Shown piece by piece: positions 46,630 through 62,210 of a stretch of 64,000 nt of DNA; the first letter of the stretch is position 1; every line of letters starts with the position of its first letter. Origin of the DNA: the human T2T-CHM13v2.0 reference genome, Homo sapiens. The DNA lies in NCBI RefSeq assembly GCF_009914755.1, contig NC_060930.1, one strand, 5' to 3'. The translations under genes were made by a program, and so were the position numbers. The notes beneath the pieces are model-generated. The model saw nothing but the letters and a program-made list of their open reading frames with translations, did no database searches and was not told where the DNA came from.

Positions 46630-47096
46630 TGTGCGGGATGGCAACTAAGAAACAACTTGTCCAAACACTGAAACTCCCTCTACTTATGAGATAGAACTGG
46701 CTGAAATCAGTTGGAACCAAGATGGCCAACTGGAGTCTGCACAGAACAAGCTTGCTGACATCATAGCCTGACTATCTACCACATTTCATACTAACTACCC
46801 TAGAATTTGCACATGTGACCCATGAGGTATCATAATGAGTTAACTGTGCATGCCCAGGGACATTCCAGACCTCACCTTTCCTTCCACCAAACACCTACTA
46901 ATCTCAGAATTCACCCCTACTGAACCTGTAATAAAAATACTGCCTTGAAACCAGCATGAGGAGACAGATTTGAGCTTGACCCCTGAGTCTTCTTGGGAGT
47001 TGACTTTCAATATAAAGCTTTTCTTTTCTCAAAAACCCAGTGTCATAGTATTGGCTTCTAGTACACTGGGCAGCAAGCCCCCTCTGCTCAATAACA
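46630..47096 (+). mobile_element. Solo ERV LTR (possibly LTR47-like; family uncertain), antisense to PHIP
   Basis: TG...CA termini, ~470 bp, ccaagatggcc, aataaa, ggagacagatttgagc and caatataaagcttttcttttctc, typical of ERV LTR R/U5. Confidence 0.7.
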
Positions 47097-48199
47097 CAAG
47101 CAGAAAACTGTATACATTGGGAAACAGTTTACTTCTGTTCAGATAACTTGAGAAACCTTAAAATTAAAATATTGACCTATGTACCTAAAAGAGAGGCATA
47201 AATTATACAAAGATTACTACTTTGACATGAAAATAAAAGAAATTATGTGATTTTTTAACTAAAAATATCTTAGAGAATTTGGCATTCCTTGAAAACCTAC
47301 TGTTATCTGGCAGAGTCAACAAGGAGAATTTTAATTTCTCTTGAGGCTACTTTACAGCTTTTGAGTCAGAGATCTCATCTCTTATTGCCATTAGAATAAG
47401 CAGTAGAAATGAATGCCAAAAATGTTGTCTGTATTGTCATATTTACTACAATTTCATTTTCCTATTCAAGCTAAAAAGTAACCTGCTTTTCTAGCAAAAC
47501 TAAAAATTGCGTACAATTTAAATTTGGTTCAATTTTTTTCTAGGTCATTTATTTTCTTTCTTACCAATCTATCAGACCTGTGTTTCATTTCCCTTACAAA
47601 TCAACCTAAACCTCAGGGTCAAACATTTCAACACATGTCTGATTTCATTCTCGACCCTTATTCATCTATACCACCAATGACCAACCCGGTGTCAATCTAA
47701 CCATCACTTGCTCTGATACTGCTACCAGGATGCCAAGAAACATTACGGTAAGGAATATAAGCATACTAATTCCACAACACTACGAATTCATGAATCTCCT
47801 ATTTACTGGGTAGGCTAAGCATTATCAGCAATCATTTTTCCTGTCTCTATTCAATACTCTTCTATTGCCAAGCTTTATCAGTAATTTCTAGAATCCATAA
47901 ACAAGACTCTCGCCAGACAGAACATTTCATATTGAAAAGTAGAAACTGTTAATTGTGGACCAAATAACTACCTTTCTAAAAAGTCCACACTGCTATTGTA
48001 TACATCCCACCTCCTTAAATATCATTACATATCAATAATCTCCTCTCGTATCTTCAAATTTGCTATCTTAGTAGTTTCTTCCTCTCAATCCAGTTTTCCT
48101 ACAATTTACTGTCCTCTAAATGACCATACTCTGCCTCTTTTCCATTATTATCAAACATGCTAAATGCTCACTATTGCTTCTAAACAACCTCCTATGCAC

Positions 48200-48644
48200 T
48201 TAAAATAATTTTGAATTTCAAACGTACAAAAGTTTCAAGAACAGTACAAATGTTTCCCATATCTCCATTACCACCTTTCTTCCCTCCCTCTCTCTCCATA
48301 TAACATACACACATAACTCCATTACCATTAATCTTTTTTCTGAACCATTTAAAAGCAACGCTGGGCCAGGCGCGGTGGCTCACGCCAGTAATCCCAGCAC
48401 TTTGGAGGCCGAGGCGGGTAGATCATGAGGTCAGGAGATCGAGACCATCCTGGCTAACATGGTGAAACCCTGTCTCTACTAAAAATACAAAAAATTAGCC
48501 AGGCGTGGTGGTGGGTGCCTGTAATGCCAGCTACTCGGGAGGCTGAGGCAGAAGAATGGCATGAACCTGGGAGGTGGAGCTTGCAAGTGAGTTGAGATGG
48601 TGCCACTGCACTCCAGCCTAGGTGACAGAGCAAGACTCCGTCTC

Positions 48645-48676
<32 letters not shown>

Positions 48677-49250
48677 CTGCTGACTTGATACCCCATTACC
48701 TCTAAATATCGCAGTGTATATTTTTCTAAAACAAGGATATTTCCCTATGTAAGTTGGGAAATCAATACTGATAACACTACCAATAACAATACTGGTAACA
48801 TCCAAATCTACAGGGCCTATTCAAATTTTGTCAACTGTTTTGTCAACAATGTTCTCTTTTCCTTTTTGGCCCACAAACCCATATACACTATATTTAATTG
48901 ACATGTCTCATCAGGCTCCTTCAATTTGGAATACTTTCTCAGGCTTTCTCTTTCATGTCCTCAGCAGGTTATAAAGAATACAGGCCTTACAATCTGCAGG
49001 ATGACCCAAAACCTAGGTCTGTCAATGTTTCTTCATGACCAGATCCAGGTCATATTATCTTTTACAGTAATCCCACAAACAAGAAGCTGTGTTTTTCTCA
49101 GCGCATCACTTCTGAGAACACAACGTCAACACATCCCAGAGCTAGTGAAGTTAACATGGTTACATTAGTATTTCCAAGGTTTTTCCCCATAAATTTGCAA
49201 TGTTTGCTCTTTAATTGATTAGTATCTTTGGGGGACATATTGCAAGATCT
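48200..49250 (-). mobile_element. Old L1MC-type 3' fragment interrupted by AluY
   Basis: cttttttctgaaccattt...ccccattacctctaaatatcgcagtgtatatttttctaaaacaaggatat...tattcaaattttgtcaactg. Confidence 0.6.
48364..48666 (+). mobile_element. AluY with long pure poly-A tail
   Basis: ggagatcgagaccatcctggctaac...gaatggcatgaacc...ggagcttgc; TSD aaaagcaa(c/g)gctg. Confidence 0.95.
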
Positions 49251-49868
49251 TCAAACTAAGATCTTCTACTGGTCTTTATCTGCTAATTAAAAAATAATAA
49301 TAATAATCAGCCACATGAATACTTTGGAGAAGGGGATCCCAGGCAAAGTCCTAATACAAAGACTTCAAGCCACAAATGGGCTTTCCAAGTCTGAAGTACA
49401 AGAGATCAGTGTAACCGAAGTACAGTAGCAGAGAGGAACTTATCTTACAGATATTTGTATGTATTTCCCCTAACAGATGCTAAGTTTTCTGCAAGAATGG
49501 ACATTAGTCATTTTTATATCTCAAATTGCTTGATTCATTCATCATTTGTGGTATGCCTCCTGTATACATCAGATACTCTGCAAGGCACTACAGATCTAAA
49601 AAATAACAACAAAGGCAAAGACAAAGCTCACAACTTAATAGGAAAACAGACATCTGTCATGGCAATGTAATAGGAAAATACAATGTATTAGAAGCACAAA
49701 GTTAAGCGGCAGTACTCCACATTCAGAATACAGACTATCATATCTTTTAATTGTCAAGTTTTTGAAAGTTTAGTTTATATTAAGTGTATTCAGTTTTTCA
49801 ATTCCCATTCCCTCTTCACTGCACTGCAATTTCATTCCTATCCCCAATGCTAAAACAGAACATTTTTT

Positions 49869-50216
49869 GGTCTTAGTCTGTTGGAGCTGCTATAACAAAA
49901 TACCTTAGACACTTGTTAATTTGTAAACAGAAAGTTATTACTCACAGTTCTGGAGGCTGGGAAGGCCAAGGCCAAAGTGCCAGTAGATGTGGTGTCTGGT
50001 AAAGGCTCTCTTTGTGTGTCAAAGATAGTGCCTTCTAGCTGTATCTTTACATGGCTCCCTTGAGCCTCTTTTGTAAGGGCACTAATCCCATTCACAAGGG
50101 CTCCATTCTTGAGGCCTCATCTCCTAAAGCCCTCACCTCTTAATGCTACCACATTGGGGATTAATTAGGTTTCAACATATTAATTTTGAGGGGACAGAAA
50201 CATTCAGACCATAGCA
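49869..50216 (-). mobile_element. MLT1A-type MaLR solo LTR inserted into an L2
   Basis: gtcttagtctgttggagctgctataacaaaatacc...cacagttctggaggctgggaag...cattcagaccatagca. Confidence 0.88.
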
Positions 50217-51355
50217 GTCATCAATTACCTTGACAAACCCAAAGGATGTTTTTCAGTACTAATCTTACTTTAGGTTTCTGCCTTTCATGAAATTCTCATC
50301 TCCTGGCTTCTAAGACACCACTCTTCTTTTTTTTTCCCTAGCCTCTCAGGCAGCTTCTCTGTCTCAATTATTGACTCTTCTTTTGTCTGCTTTAAAAGCT
50401 GAAGTTTCAGCCTTCTTACATTAGATACATACAAGATAATGTATTCCATTTTCCAAGCTGAATGATTCCTAAACTAAATCTTCTCACCTAAATCTGAGTT
50501 CCCACTGCCTACTGGGCATTTCTACTTGACTTTCCACATAGATATCTCAAAGTCAATACGTTTCACCTTCACAAACTTCTCCCCTTAAATTCCTACCACA
50601 GTAAATGACAGGACTTTCTAAATCACAGAAGTGAAAAAATATGTCATCCTATACTCTTCCATCTCACTCCCTACATACAAATCAGTCTCTCGAGTCTTAC
50701 AAATCCTATTTTTAATCTGTCAATTCCATCCCACTGTGACTGTTTAATCCCTGATTTCTTTTATAGATCACTGCCAGAAACTTTTTGCCAATTTCTCTGT
50801 ATATAGAGTTAGTTTGAATCCATCTTCTACAATAATGCAAAAGGGTTCAATGAAAAGAAAAATTCTCCTCACTCTTCTAACCACATCAATCATTAGCTCT
50901 CCATTGCCTTCAGAAAAGAAACCCACTATTTAGCAGGTCACAAAAGTATCTTGATTTTGTACCACACCAATATCGCTAGTTCTTTATGATGAGCCATATT
51001 TATTCTATGCCATATCCATTAATACACAATTGCATGTTACATTCTCCCAAAGTCTGTAATTGCCTTTCCCTAAGTCTGCAATATCCAATTCGACTCCTAA
51101 ATTTACCAAGCTGTTACTTCTCTAGTAAATTTCCCTTACCATCTCCTACCACAAGGTTGGATTAGGTATCTATCTCCTATGGTATCTCAGTACCTTGTAC
51201 ACCTTCTGTCAAGGTTTTATCACATTATATCAATATTGTTTGTTTACCATCTGTGAACTCTCCAAGAACAAATACTACTTTCAATTCTATATCCCAACTG
51301 CTTAAAACAGTGGCTGGTTCATAAAACTCTGAAGTTCATTAAAGGAATGCATAAA
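50217..51355 (+). mobile_element. L2 fragment (continues from ~49790 across the MLT1A)
   Basis: cctggcttctaagacaccactc...cactgcctactgggcatttctacttg...ctgtgaactctccaagaac. Confidence 0.6.
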
Positions 51356-51819
51356 CTCATTTTCTTTATTATACCATATTAATTAGAATCAGAGAGACAA
51401 TTTATGTTTCTGAAAAGGGGGGAAAACTCTGCTTTTTATATGGCGTTCCATGTACTTTTGAGTGCCTTAGTTGTGAAAATTCATTAACTCTGCTTTTCTC
51501 CGTTAAATGTCACTTAAGGAAATGATTTTAAAACCAAGTAAAAAACATTAAAAGGCTAAAAGAGAATTAGTGAACAAAATCTGACTTGGCAATTATGCTA
51601 TTTCCCTCCTTGGGTTTTTCTCATTAAAATAATTGGGAAAGCACCCATTCTTAAAATACTGTCATACAAAATAATGATACATTTTCCTAATACAGAATTT
51701 CATTATCAATTACAATGATTTCCTTTTTAATTCTTGTATACCATTTATAAATAAGATTTTATTTGGATAAAAAATAAAAGATAAAATTTACTTAAATCTA
51801 TAAGTAGCAGCAGGAAAAA

Positions 51820-52060
51820 CCTAATGACTGCTTTCTATTTTGTTCAGTACTAATTATATGCATTATTTCATGTAATCCCACAAAAATCCTATGTGGTTGG
51901 TACTATTATCATCTACTCCCCTCTCTCTTTAGGTGATGAGAAAACTGGAGATTAAAGAGATGAGGTAATCTGTCAAAGTTTCACTAGTAGAAGTGGTAAA
52001 GCTGTGACTAAAAGCCCTCTGATGTCAAAGCTGATGCTTTTAACCACAGTACTGTATGCC
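51820..52060 (-). mobile_element. MIR
   Basis: gcattatttcatgtaatccc...gatgagaaaactggagattaaagagatgaggtaatctgtcaaag...gcttttaaccac. Confidence 0.75.
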
Positions 52061-52771
52061 TCCAGCTGTGCCTGTTCAGAAAGGACTCAAGAGAATCCCT
52101 TGGAAAAAGCTTTCAAATATATATACACAAATATCTTAGAAATAAATCTGCAAGGTCTTAAAATACCAATTATATAAAAAGGAAATACTGGTTGATCCAT
52201 TACCAAATTGTTACCTCCAAAAATAATAACAGTATGTTCTCTCACAGGAGTGTTTCACTGGTCAATCATGATCTACTATCTTAAAGGCTGATTCTATCTA
52301 TTTTCAAGACTGATTTCCATAGGACTAGTTAGCGTCTAGTCTGTGCCTAGTGAAATGCAAAAAACACTCAGCACCCACTTTATTAACGAGCAATATGAAT
52401 AGTGAACATATGTGTACCCTACCACCACTTGAAGTGAAAATAATAAAAATACAAGAATTTTTCAAAAAAATAGTGCCCTCATATCTTCGTTATTTCTTAT
52501 TGTAAGGTAACATTCTGAAATCTGTAACTCCAAACCACCAGTAAAAAATTACAAATGAGACTGAATTTAGCAAAACAAATTCTATCACATTCTTAAAAAA
52601 TAAACATCTTTAGACTTTTGGTAAGACCATATAAAATAGTACAGTGCTACTTTTCTTCTCTTAATTGATGTGCTTTCAACTAAAGAAATAACCAACAAGC
52701 AGCTTCCTCTTCGCATATTATTCTTGTTCTCTAAATCACATGCCCTTAAAAGAAAGAATCAAATGTCTAGA

Positions 52772-52991
52772 AAAGGATAGCAATTTTTTTCTGTACAGAG
52801 CTGGATAAATATTTTAGGCTTTGCAGGCCATATGTTCTCAGTCAAAACTACTCAACTCTGCTGTTGTAGTGCACAGGCAACCATAGACAATATATAAACA
52901 ACTGAACATGCCTGTGTTTCAATAAAATTGCATTTATAAGAACAAGTGACAAACTGGGTTTGAGACGCAGGCAGCAGCATGCTGAACCCTG
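52772..52991 (+). mobile_element. MER58A (hAT-Charlie MITE)
   Basis: taaatattttaggctttgcaggccata...actactcaactctgctgttgtag...ccatagacaata...ccctg. Confidence 0.88.
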
Positions 52992-54550
52992 GTTCAAAAA
53001 GCTCTTCCAAGTCTGTACCTACCACACTCATGAGATAGCAAAAAGCACACTATTTCACTGCATTCTCCCTAAAAAAATTCCAGGAGATTATATGTCTAAT
53101 TAATATCAAAACATGTAAAATGCTTCATAAAATATGATAAACAAATGCTTACAATCCCTATCATTTTTAAAGAAAGAATTCCTACAAGGTTCTTTACAAT
53201 GGCATAACTTTATACTGACCTACTGGCACAATATAGTGCTCCTTTTTCATTATTTTAATTTATTACTGTTTTTGAAAGAATTCTTTCAAACATTAGAAAA
53301 ATCAAATTTACTTAAGGTTTTTGAGAGGTGAATTTGAATATACCCATATTAAACTTGAATGGCTAAATTAATTTTCGATTACTATTTGAGAGCAAATTAC
53401 TACTGTAGGTATGTCAGGCACTTCAGCAAATATAGAGATGCCTATTTTCCACTCTGAAAATAATACTTGATACAAGAGAAGGTAAAAAGGGAAAATACTG
53501 ATATAAGAAGTGATGTGCAAATGCCTGAGGTAGATTAGAGCCAAGGGAAAAGAAAAGTATAAAAATGCATTCCTACATCCTGCTATTTAGCTGTTTTACA
53601 GATGACTGGGTGTATGGATAGAGGAGAAGTAGTAGGTATAAATAGGTCTCAGTTTACAAGCAAATTTACTAAAAAGAGGAATCTATAATTGTCATAACTA
53701 CGTAAAATTCACAGCTGCTCTCTTCAAAGACAGGAAAATTTCCATTTAACTTCCACTTCAAATTTTCTTATTTCAAAAGAAATTAAAAACCTTGTGAATG
53801 AATGCATACCTTCAGCCCACAGGGTAGTGTTTAATAATAAATATCATCATAATAGTGTAGTATTATGCTTAATGAATGTAGATGTTAAGGCACCTGAAAA
53901 TCAAATATTTCCAAAAGTAATTTTCTCACTTAAAATAAAGCTCAAAAGCTTTGCTTTTCTCTATTCAACAGGTTACAAGAAACAATAACAAATAAACAAA
54001 CCCAAAGAGGCTCTATAAACAAAACATCAGATATTTTGAAGAATGAACTGTTAAGAATAACAGGTAATAAGAGTATTAGATATGCTCAGAATTTTTTAGC
54101 TTTTTTAAAATCACTATTTTAAGGGAAATTTCTCATAGACAAGCAAGTGATTTTCTACAGATAATATAAAAAGGTATATTCAATAATCTCATACAATTAT
54201 AAAAAGGCACATTTAATAATCTCTCAACATACTTAGATGTCCTTAGTTCAAAATTAAAATTATTTTATGCCATTTTGCAAAATGTCAAACTGTGTATTTG
54301 ATATATGTTGAGAACCATACTTATTCATGATGTACAACCATATAATAACTGTGACTGTGCTGCAACATGTCATTTAGAAACTTTCTGAATTTGGATAAAG
54401 TCCAAATTTAACTAAACTCTTCTGTTAGAGTAAGTGAAACCACCTGAATTTCCGGTTTCCTATTAAAAGAAAAAAAAGCAAGGTTTTACTTCAAGTTCAC
54501 CTATAAGCAATATTTCCTCAATTACATATATGAATATAAATAATACTTTA

Positions 54551-54811
<261 letters not shown>

Positions 54812-57724
54812 TCATGTGCAGGTAAAAATAAAGAAGCTTTCTGATATATATGGCTTCTAGTTAAAAGTCTTTAAAGTAATGAATAAAAACATTGTTTCAC
54901 CTGAAATAAGTCAGGCACTATCATTCTCACTTTATAACTTAATTTGTAAGTTAAATGACCTGTCCAAAAATCACAAAGTAAGGCATGAAGCTAGGATTAA
55001 AGCTCAGATTTATTTACTCTCTGGCTAGTGCTCTTTAAAAACCTAAAGCATTTATATGTTATTTCCTTAAAAGCTCTCTATGAAATAGTTTTTCTTACAA
55101 AGGCACTTAAAACTGGAACCCAGTGTACTTTTCATAAATCAGTAACACTTGAACACTCGAAATCTGACATGCAGAATGATATTTAAAAACATCTTTATAA
55201 CAAGTGAAGATAAAGGAATACGTCATTTGCATTATTAAAAAATAATAATTAAACTGGGAATCTTGCCAAACACCTGTATAATGATTCCTTCTCTGGAATC
55301 TATTAGCTCTCCCTTAGTTCTCCCTTTCAACTCATTCATTCTAATCATTATTCAAGATCTGACTGAAGTTTATCTTCTGTCCCAAAGCTTGATACACTGA
55401 CTCCAGCTGAAAATGTCCTCTTCCATCTAAATTACTACTGTACTTATTTTCTATACTGGTAACTTATGGACAAAGAAGGTGCTCAATAAATATATGTTGA
55501 CTGATCTGCAGGCACATTATTAACCTACAGATGATCTTCTAATACAGGCTTTTTTTTTTTTTTCTAACAGTGACTGCCATCTACATTGGGTAATTAGCAC
55601 TAGGGTTTCTCGGTCGAATTTAGCCCTAAAGAAAACTAAATATATATACAAAATACTACTTAGCCAAGGTACAGAGCCCAGTAATTATGCCCTAAAGTTG
55701 ATAAAACATAAATATATTGGTTGTATTATGAAGAATCTCAGTATTGCTTATATTATTCACATCCAATAAATGTTTGGCTCACACTATATTTCCAACCACT
55801 CCACACTCCCGCTGCCCCCACCCCAAACCCCCAAAAAATCTTTGGGCCTGGTGAGGAGATATATAGCCTTTACAGGTTCCTAAGCAGTAATATTTCAAAG
55901 AATAATTACACTATGCTTATATGTTCTTTCATCACAGCAATAATTTTATATTCTGATACAGTATTTCTCTTGCTGTTAGCATGTAAGTTCTATGCAACAA
56001 TCTACCCCAACACTTGGGAATTTCTAAAACAAGGTTTGACAGTTGTCAATTAGCATATTTAGGCTTAAGTTGGTTATATACCAATTTAACAGAGACTCAA
56101 TAAGTTTCAATCATAGCTTAGACCCCAGACACATTTTCTTCACGCCCAGGAATGGCCTGGTAAAAGACATCCTCCAATGCTTTGGCTCCAAACTTATTTA
56201 ATGCAAGAATCACACAAAAACCATAGACATCAATTTTCCTGCCAAATGAGAATTAAAATCATCTTATCCAAACACCAAGGATCACTCACATCTCAGACTC
56301 AGCTGTCTGTTGTAAGAAAATAAGTGATGACATGCCACAAAAACATTGATAGTATTACCAAGATGTACTTTAATTCCCTCTATCCAAAATTTCCAAAATG
56401 TCGAATTTTAGGAAACTAACAGTGTTCAGGTGTGAAAATATCATTGTTGGAAATAATATATCAAGACCCATTTCTCGATGATTAAGCATTAGTATATAGG
56501 TAAGAATTTTTAAGATAAATTTGTTATAAAGACCATCTAAAAATCGGAGATGATAAAGTATTTTATAAGCAAAAACTACTTCTCTTAAAAGAAAATGTTA
56601 CTGCTTCTTAAACACAGGTTTTACTGAATCTTTGACCTAAACTGGGATTAAATCTATTTTCATTTTGGAAGCCAATTGAAAAAAAAGAATAACCTTTTCA
56701 AAGTTACTTTACAGTCAAATTTTCAAGCAACATTTTCCAGAATCACATTAGGTGAAACATATTTATAGCTAAAACTATATTCCACACTACCCTTTGTAAT
56801 GCTTAGCTACCAATTAACTATTGGCTATCTATACTATGACTATATTCTGAAAGAAAAGGTACTTAGCAGAGTCCTGGCTCTCAAACATTGACAAACTTGT
56901 GTTAACAGCACTAAAAAATAAGACATACAGAAAGAACATACGTAGATTCCCAGGTAATAAGGTGGTGGTTCAAACTTTCTAACTATAGGATTTAAAGGAG
57001 AAAATGTAAGTATAGTTCAGTAGTTGTACAACTGAAGAGGTTGAATTTGAGGAAGGCTTGACCATATCAAATAGGTAGATAATTTTTATAAAGATAGAAG
57101 GATGAGCTAGGACTCACATTCGATGAACTCCCATTTTTTTATAATACCATTTGGAAAATGTCTATCTCTCCTATCAGATCTTAAGTACCTTAAAGACAAA
57201 AATTCTCTTATATTTCTCAAACTTGAGTATAGAGCCTTTTAAATTAAAAAAGTATATAAGTAAATCTTCCTTAATAATAAGATATACAAGATGGTTCAAT
57301 TTAATTTATAGTTTTATGGCAGAAGGGCAAATGGCAATTATTCACTTTCTAAAGAAATTAATAAGAGACCAATTAATTTGAGTAAAAAGGAAATGTCTCT
57401 TGGATTATTGGAAGTCCTTAAATTTTATTAAGCTAGAACATCAATTTTTAAAATGAGCATGGTTAAACAGATAAGGGGACACAAAAGGATAAATTCTTTA
57501 TATGACATTATAATTTAACCTTAAATCAAGAAGCATATATGACTTTCATTTAAAAGTACATTTATTTTCATAAGTATAGTGATAGAAACTATTCTTAAAT
57601 AAAGCTTCCCAAAGCAAATCTGTTCTTTTTTCACTTGGCAAATTCTTTTTTATCCTCTAGGATCAGTTCAAATGCAACCTCTTCTAGGAAGATTTCAAAA
57701 GCATCCTAACTGGTTGCACTACAA

Positions 57725-58285
57725 CACTGCTCCTCTGTTCAAAACTGCAATGCTCTTCATTTCATTCAGAATAAACACCAACTTCCTGATACATCAGCCT
57801 AAGACGGCCCTGCAGAAACTTATCTCCCATTATCTCTAACCTTACCTGCTACTTCTCGCCTTGACCTGCTCCAGCCACTCCAATCTCCTGTTCTTCCAAC
57901 ACACCAGGTGTGCTCCAAACTTAGGGTCTTTGCACTGGCTGTTCCCTCTTCATGAAGTCTTTTTCCACATATGGCTAATTCCCTTATACCTTTTCAAGTC
58001 TTTTCTCAGATGTCTGTTACCTTCTGAATAAAGCCTAACCTAACCAGCCCACTGAAAATAGCAACACAGCCCCTGCCATCACCCATAACTTCTGATCCCC
58101 TTTTATTCAGCTTTATATTTGCTCTTCATCTATCACTTATTACCAGACCTATTTAATTATTTATTATATTCATTGCTTATTTCCTGCCTGCTCCTACTAC
58201 AAGATAACAAACTTCACATGGGCAGGATTTTATTTTGTTCTCTGATTAGCCTAAGAGCTGACACAGGTTGGTGAATTAACAAATA
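57725..58285 (+). mobile_element. L2a 3' fragment
   Basis: tgctccagccac...agggtctttgcactggctgttccctct...cttcacatgggcaggatttt. Confidence 0.75.
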
Positions 58286-58316
58286 AATTACATATTAACA
58301 AAAATAATTAGGTTTA

Positions 58317-58652
<336 letters not shown>

Positions 58653-60793
58653 TCACAGATTAAAATATTCAAAATATCTCTAAATAGTGCTTCATTTTAA
58701 CTGCCCTGCTAAATGAATTTAATTGGGAAATAAGGGGAGAACGTATTCACTTAATTTTCTGAATATAGAGGATAAATGAAATAAAAATTCCAGAAATCAC
58801 TGTTATCCATTTGAATAAAGTCTGAAGTAAAAAAGGAGCAAAATACTGAAGCATGTCATTTGCAGCAAATCATTCAGAACAGCCTTTGAAATAAAGTATA
58901 TGTGCTCAAGTCTACAAAGCCAATTAGTAGAGATCAACAAAAGGCCCACAACTTCTTAAACATTAGATGTGACTATGCGCATATTCAGCCCTTGGGTTCT
59001 CATCCATTACTTCTTTAGGTGCTAGGATAATAAGTCAAATTCCCCCATAAGTCACTTCTTACTTCACACCTAGTTATTTTTCGAGAACTGATTTACTTAT
59101 CCAATCATAATACTAATGCATATTCAATTTAGAAAAGAACATAAATGAAAGAAAAACCCATAATTCTATTGTCTATAGCAATCACTTTTAAAATTTCGCA
59201 AAGGTTTACCTCAAAAACAGCATTTTAACAGCTATGTTGTATTCCTTAATGAAATAAGAGGTTTTAAGTCTGACAGACCTGTGTTCAAATTTGTCACTAT
59301 GGAGACTTTAAGCAAGTTACTCGTTCTAAACTTTAATTTCTCCAGTTACATTATTAGAGAAACATTTCCATTTACCACAATATACCTGGCTTTCATATTA
59401 TGCTGTTCTTTGACACCCCACAATTTCACAAATTTTACACCGTCAATTATATTAATATCTTCTACTGCTTTAATATGAAGTTCTCCTACTCAGCCCAACA
59501 GTACAATAAACATCTACTTACATTTTCTTTTACTTTTTTGTAGTTTAGATTTCTCACTTAACTCTTTAATCCATCTACAATTATAATACTCATTATGAGG
59601 TCTCTAAAGATTATTTTTTCTTCCTCAAGTAACTATTTGTTCCAGCCTTTCCATTTACTAAATAATTCTTTTCTATTAAATTTTGATTACATTATTGTAT
59701 ATATGGTTATATATACATATGTATTTTTTTTTTTTCTGTGCTGGGCCACTGACATGACTGACAGTCTATTTATATGCCAATACCAAAATTTTAATCTTAC
59801 AATCAATGATGTTTTAATATTTATTTGGGTATTCCTCTCATAAGTCCACGTAAAAATGTTGTATCTTTATTATTTGTTAATTTTGAAAATAAACAGAAAG
59901 TTACAAAATTTTGTTGGAAATGTAAATTTAACTTTACTACCAAACTGACATCTTTCTATCTAGAACATGGTGCTTTCTTCCTGTTGTTGGGCCCAAATTT
60001 TCAATGCAGATGATTTTTTAAAAAGATAAACATAATAAAGTTACCTCATTTTCTCTCACTACATCATTTGAACCAAGTTCACAAAGAAAGAAAAAGGTAG
60101 CTGCCATAAAAGAGTATCTGTAATAACCTTAGTAAATACATTTTTGAAGGCACTAGAAAAATACATGATAAAAAAAACCCTGCAAATAAGTACTATAGCA
60201 GAAATACCATTACCTCCCTAAAAAAGGTTTAGACTTTTTTCTCCTTTTGCAAAGATCTTTGTAAAATGAACAAGCACACATGATAAAGCTGCAATAAATT
60301 ACCCAAGATCAAAATTAACCATGGTTAAAAAAGATGACTTGGAAAAAAATGAAAATGACTATGAATTAACAAAATACAAAGGTTAGTGTTTTTTGTTATT
60401 ATTGTTTTCTAACTGTTAATAACAATATAATATGCTATATAATACCTACTCCAGTGTAGGAAAGCTGTTCCCTCTTAATCAGAAATGGAGGACCACAAAA
60501 ACAGTGCTTACAACTTCTGCCAACTCATGAAAGCAGAGCCCTGCTGGCAGCCTAATGAAATGCAAGGAAAAGCATGTAGCTGTAGATTCTAAAACCTGGA
60601 GAACCAATTTTTATACAGTAGAAGAATTAAGTGAGGAGGCACAAGAATATGTAACTCGGAAGGTATCTCAGTAAAATTTGGGCCTTTTCTGCTGCAGAAT
60701 TGGGGGTACTCAGACAAGACGCATCAGTATTTTATGAGAAGGTTTTCATTAATTTTACTTAATTCATTTTTTATCCTCTTTTGACTAGTTTTA

Positions 60794-61081
60794 CTTTTTT
60801 TTTTTTTGAGACAGAGTCTCACTCTGTCGTACAGGCTGGAGTATACTGGCACAATCTCTGCAGCCTCCGCCTCCTGGGTTCAAGCGATTCTCATGCCTCA
60901 GCCTCCTGAGTAGCTGGGATTACAGGTGTGCACCACCATGCCTAATTTTTCTTGTATTTTTAGTAGAGACGGGGTTTCACCATGTTGGTCAGGCTGGTCT
61001 CGAACTCCCAGCCTCAAGTGATCTGCCTGCCTTAACTTCCCAAAGTGCTGGGATTACAGGCGTGAGCCACCATGGCTGGTC
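60794..61081 (-). mobile_element. AluSx-like with small internal deletions
   Basis: Perfect TSD ttgactagtttta at 60781-60793 and 61082-61094. Confidence 0.92.
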
Positions 61082-61964
61082 TTGACTAGTTTTATTCTGT
61101 GATTCTAATTAAAGAAAACACTTGGAAGGAAAGCTCCCAGGTTTTCTGTAAATAAAATGCAAAAGTAATTATAATTTATAATTAACAACTACAGAAATGA
61201 TTCCTAAATTAAAATATAAAAGGGAGTAACTTCTAAATAATCAGTAACAGGTTTCATTTTAATCTCCACCATCTGTATTAATAAAGGCTTTGGCTTTCTA
61301 CAAATACGATTAATAACTATCACTGTAAAACAACAGTTTGGAACTCCATGACACTAAAATTGAGTAACTTAAGAGTACATGAAAACAAATTCCAAACTGA
61401 TTTACCCCTCATATGTGCCATCTCCAATTTTAGATGATAATTAGATTTTCCAAGAAAATAATGCTATATTCATGACTAGACATCAGAGAGTAATGTCTAT
61501 AAAAATGACCCTCCAAGTTCATTAGTTCATTACAAGTCCAAATAGTTGTCTATATATGGTGTTGGTGATTTCAGAATTTCTATCAGATAAATGTATTGTG
61601 TGGCATAAAGTATTTAATAAGGCATAAAATTACTTGAAATGTTGCTCATTTTAGAGATCCACAAAAGTGTTTTAATGAAAAGGAAATATGAGGGTAAAAA
61701 AAAATTGCTAATCATAATTTTCTAACAGAAGTTATGTTAAAGCCAGGCATCAAACCCTTGAGAAAATGGCTATAAAGGAAGAGGAAAGCAACCATGGTTT
61801 AGAGTTATGAGAGGTTTTTACTAGGACTTCAAGAATCTGACGATTAAAAAAAAAAAGTCTTATCTGCTGCAATTAATAATGTGGGTATAAATGTCACCAT
61901 ACAATACATAACAAGGAGAGGAAAAAGGCTACAGAACACTCTTACGACGTGTAGCAAATTTAGA

Positions 61965-62210
61965 GAATAACAGCTAGTATTTACTGAGTGTTTTACTACA
62001 TGCCAGGCACTATTCTAAATATTTTACATATATTCTCATTTAATCCTCCCTAATCCTTTGAGGTGGATACTTCCATTATTCCCAATAAGCAGATATTCCT
62101 TACCAGTAAGGAAACCAAAGGATAAAATGTAATTTACTAGAGGTGAAGCCCAGGTTTAAACTCAGGCAGTCTGGTGCCAAAGACTGTACCCTTAACTATT
62201 ATATGCTGCC
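61965..62210 (-). mobile_element. MIR
   Basis: atttactgagtgttttactacatgccaggcactattctaa...ctcatttaatcctc...caggtttaaactcaggcagtctgg. Confidence 0.8.
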
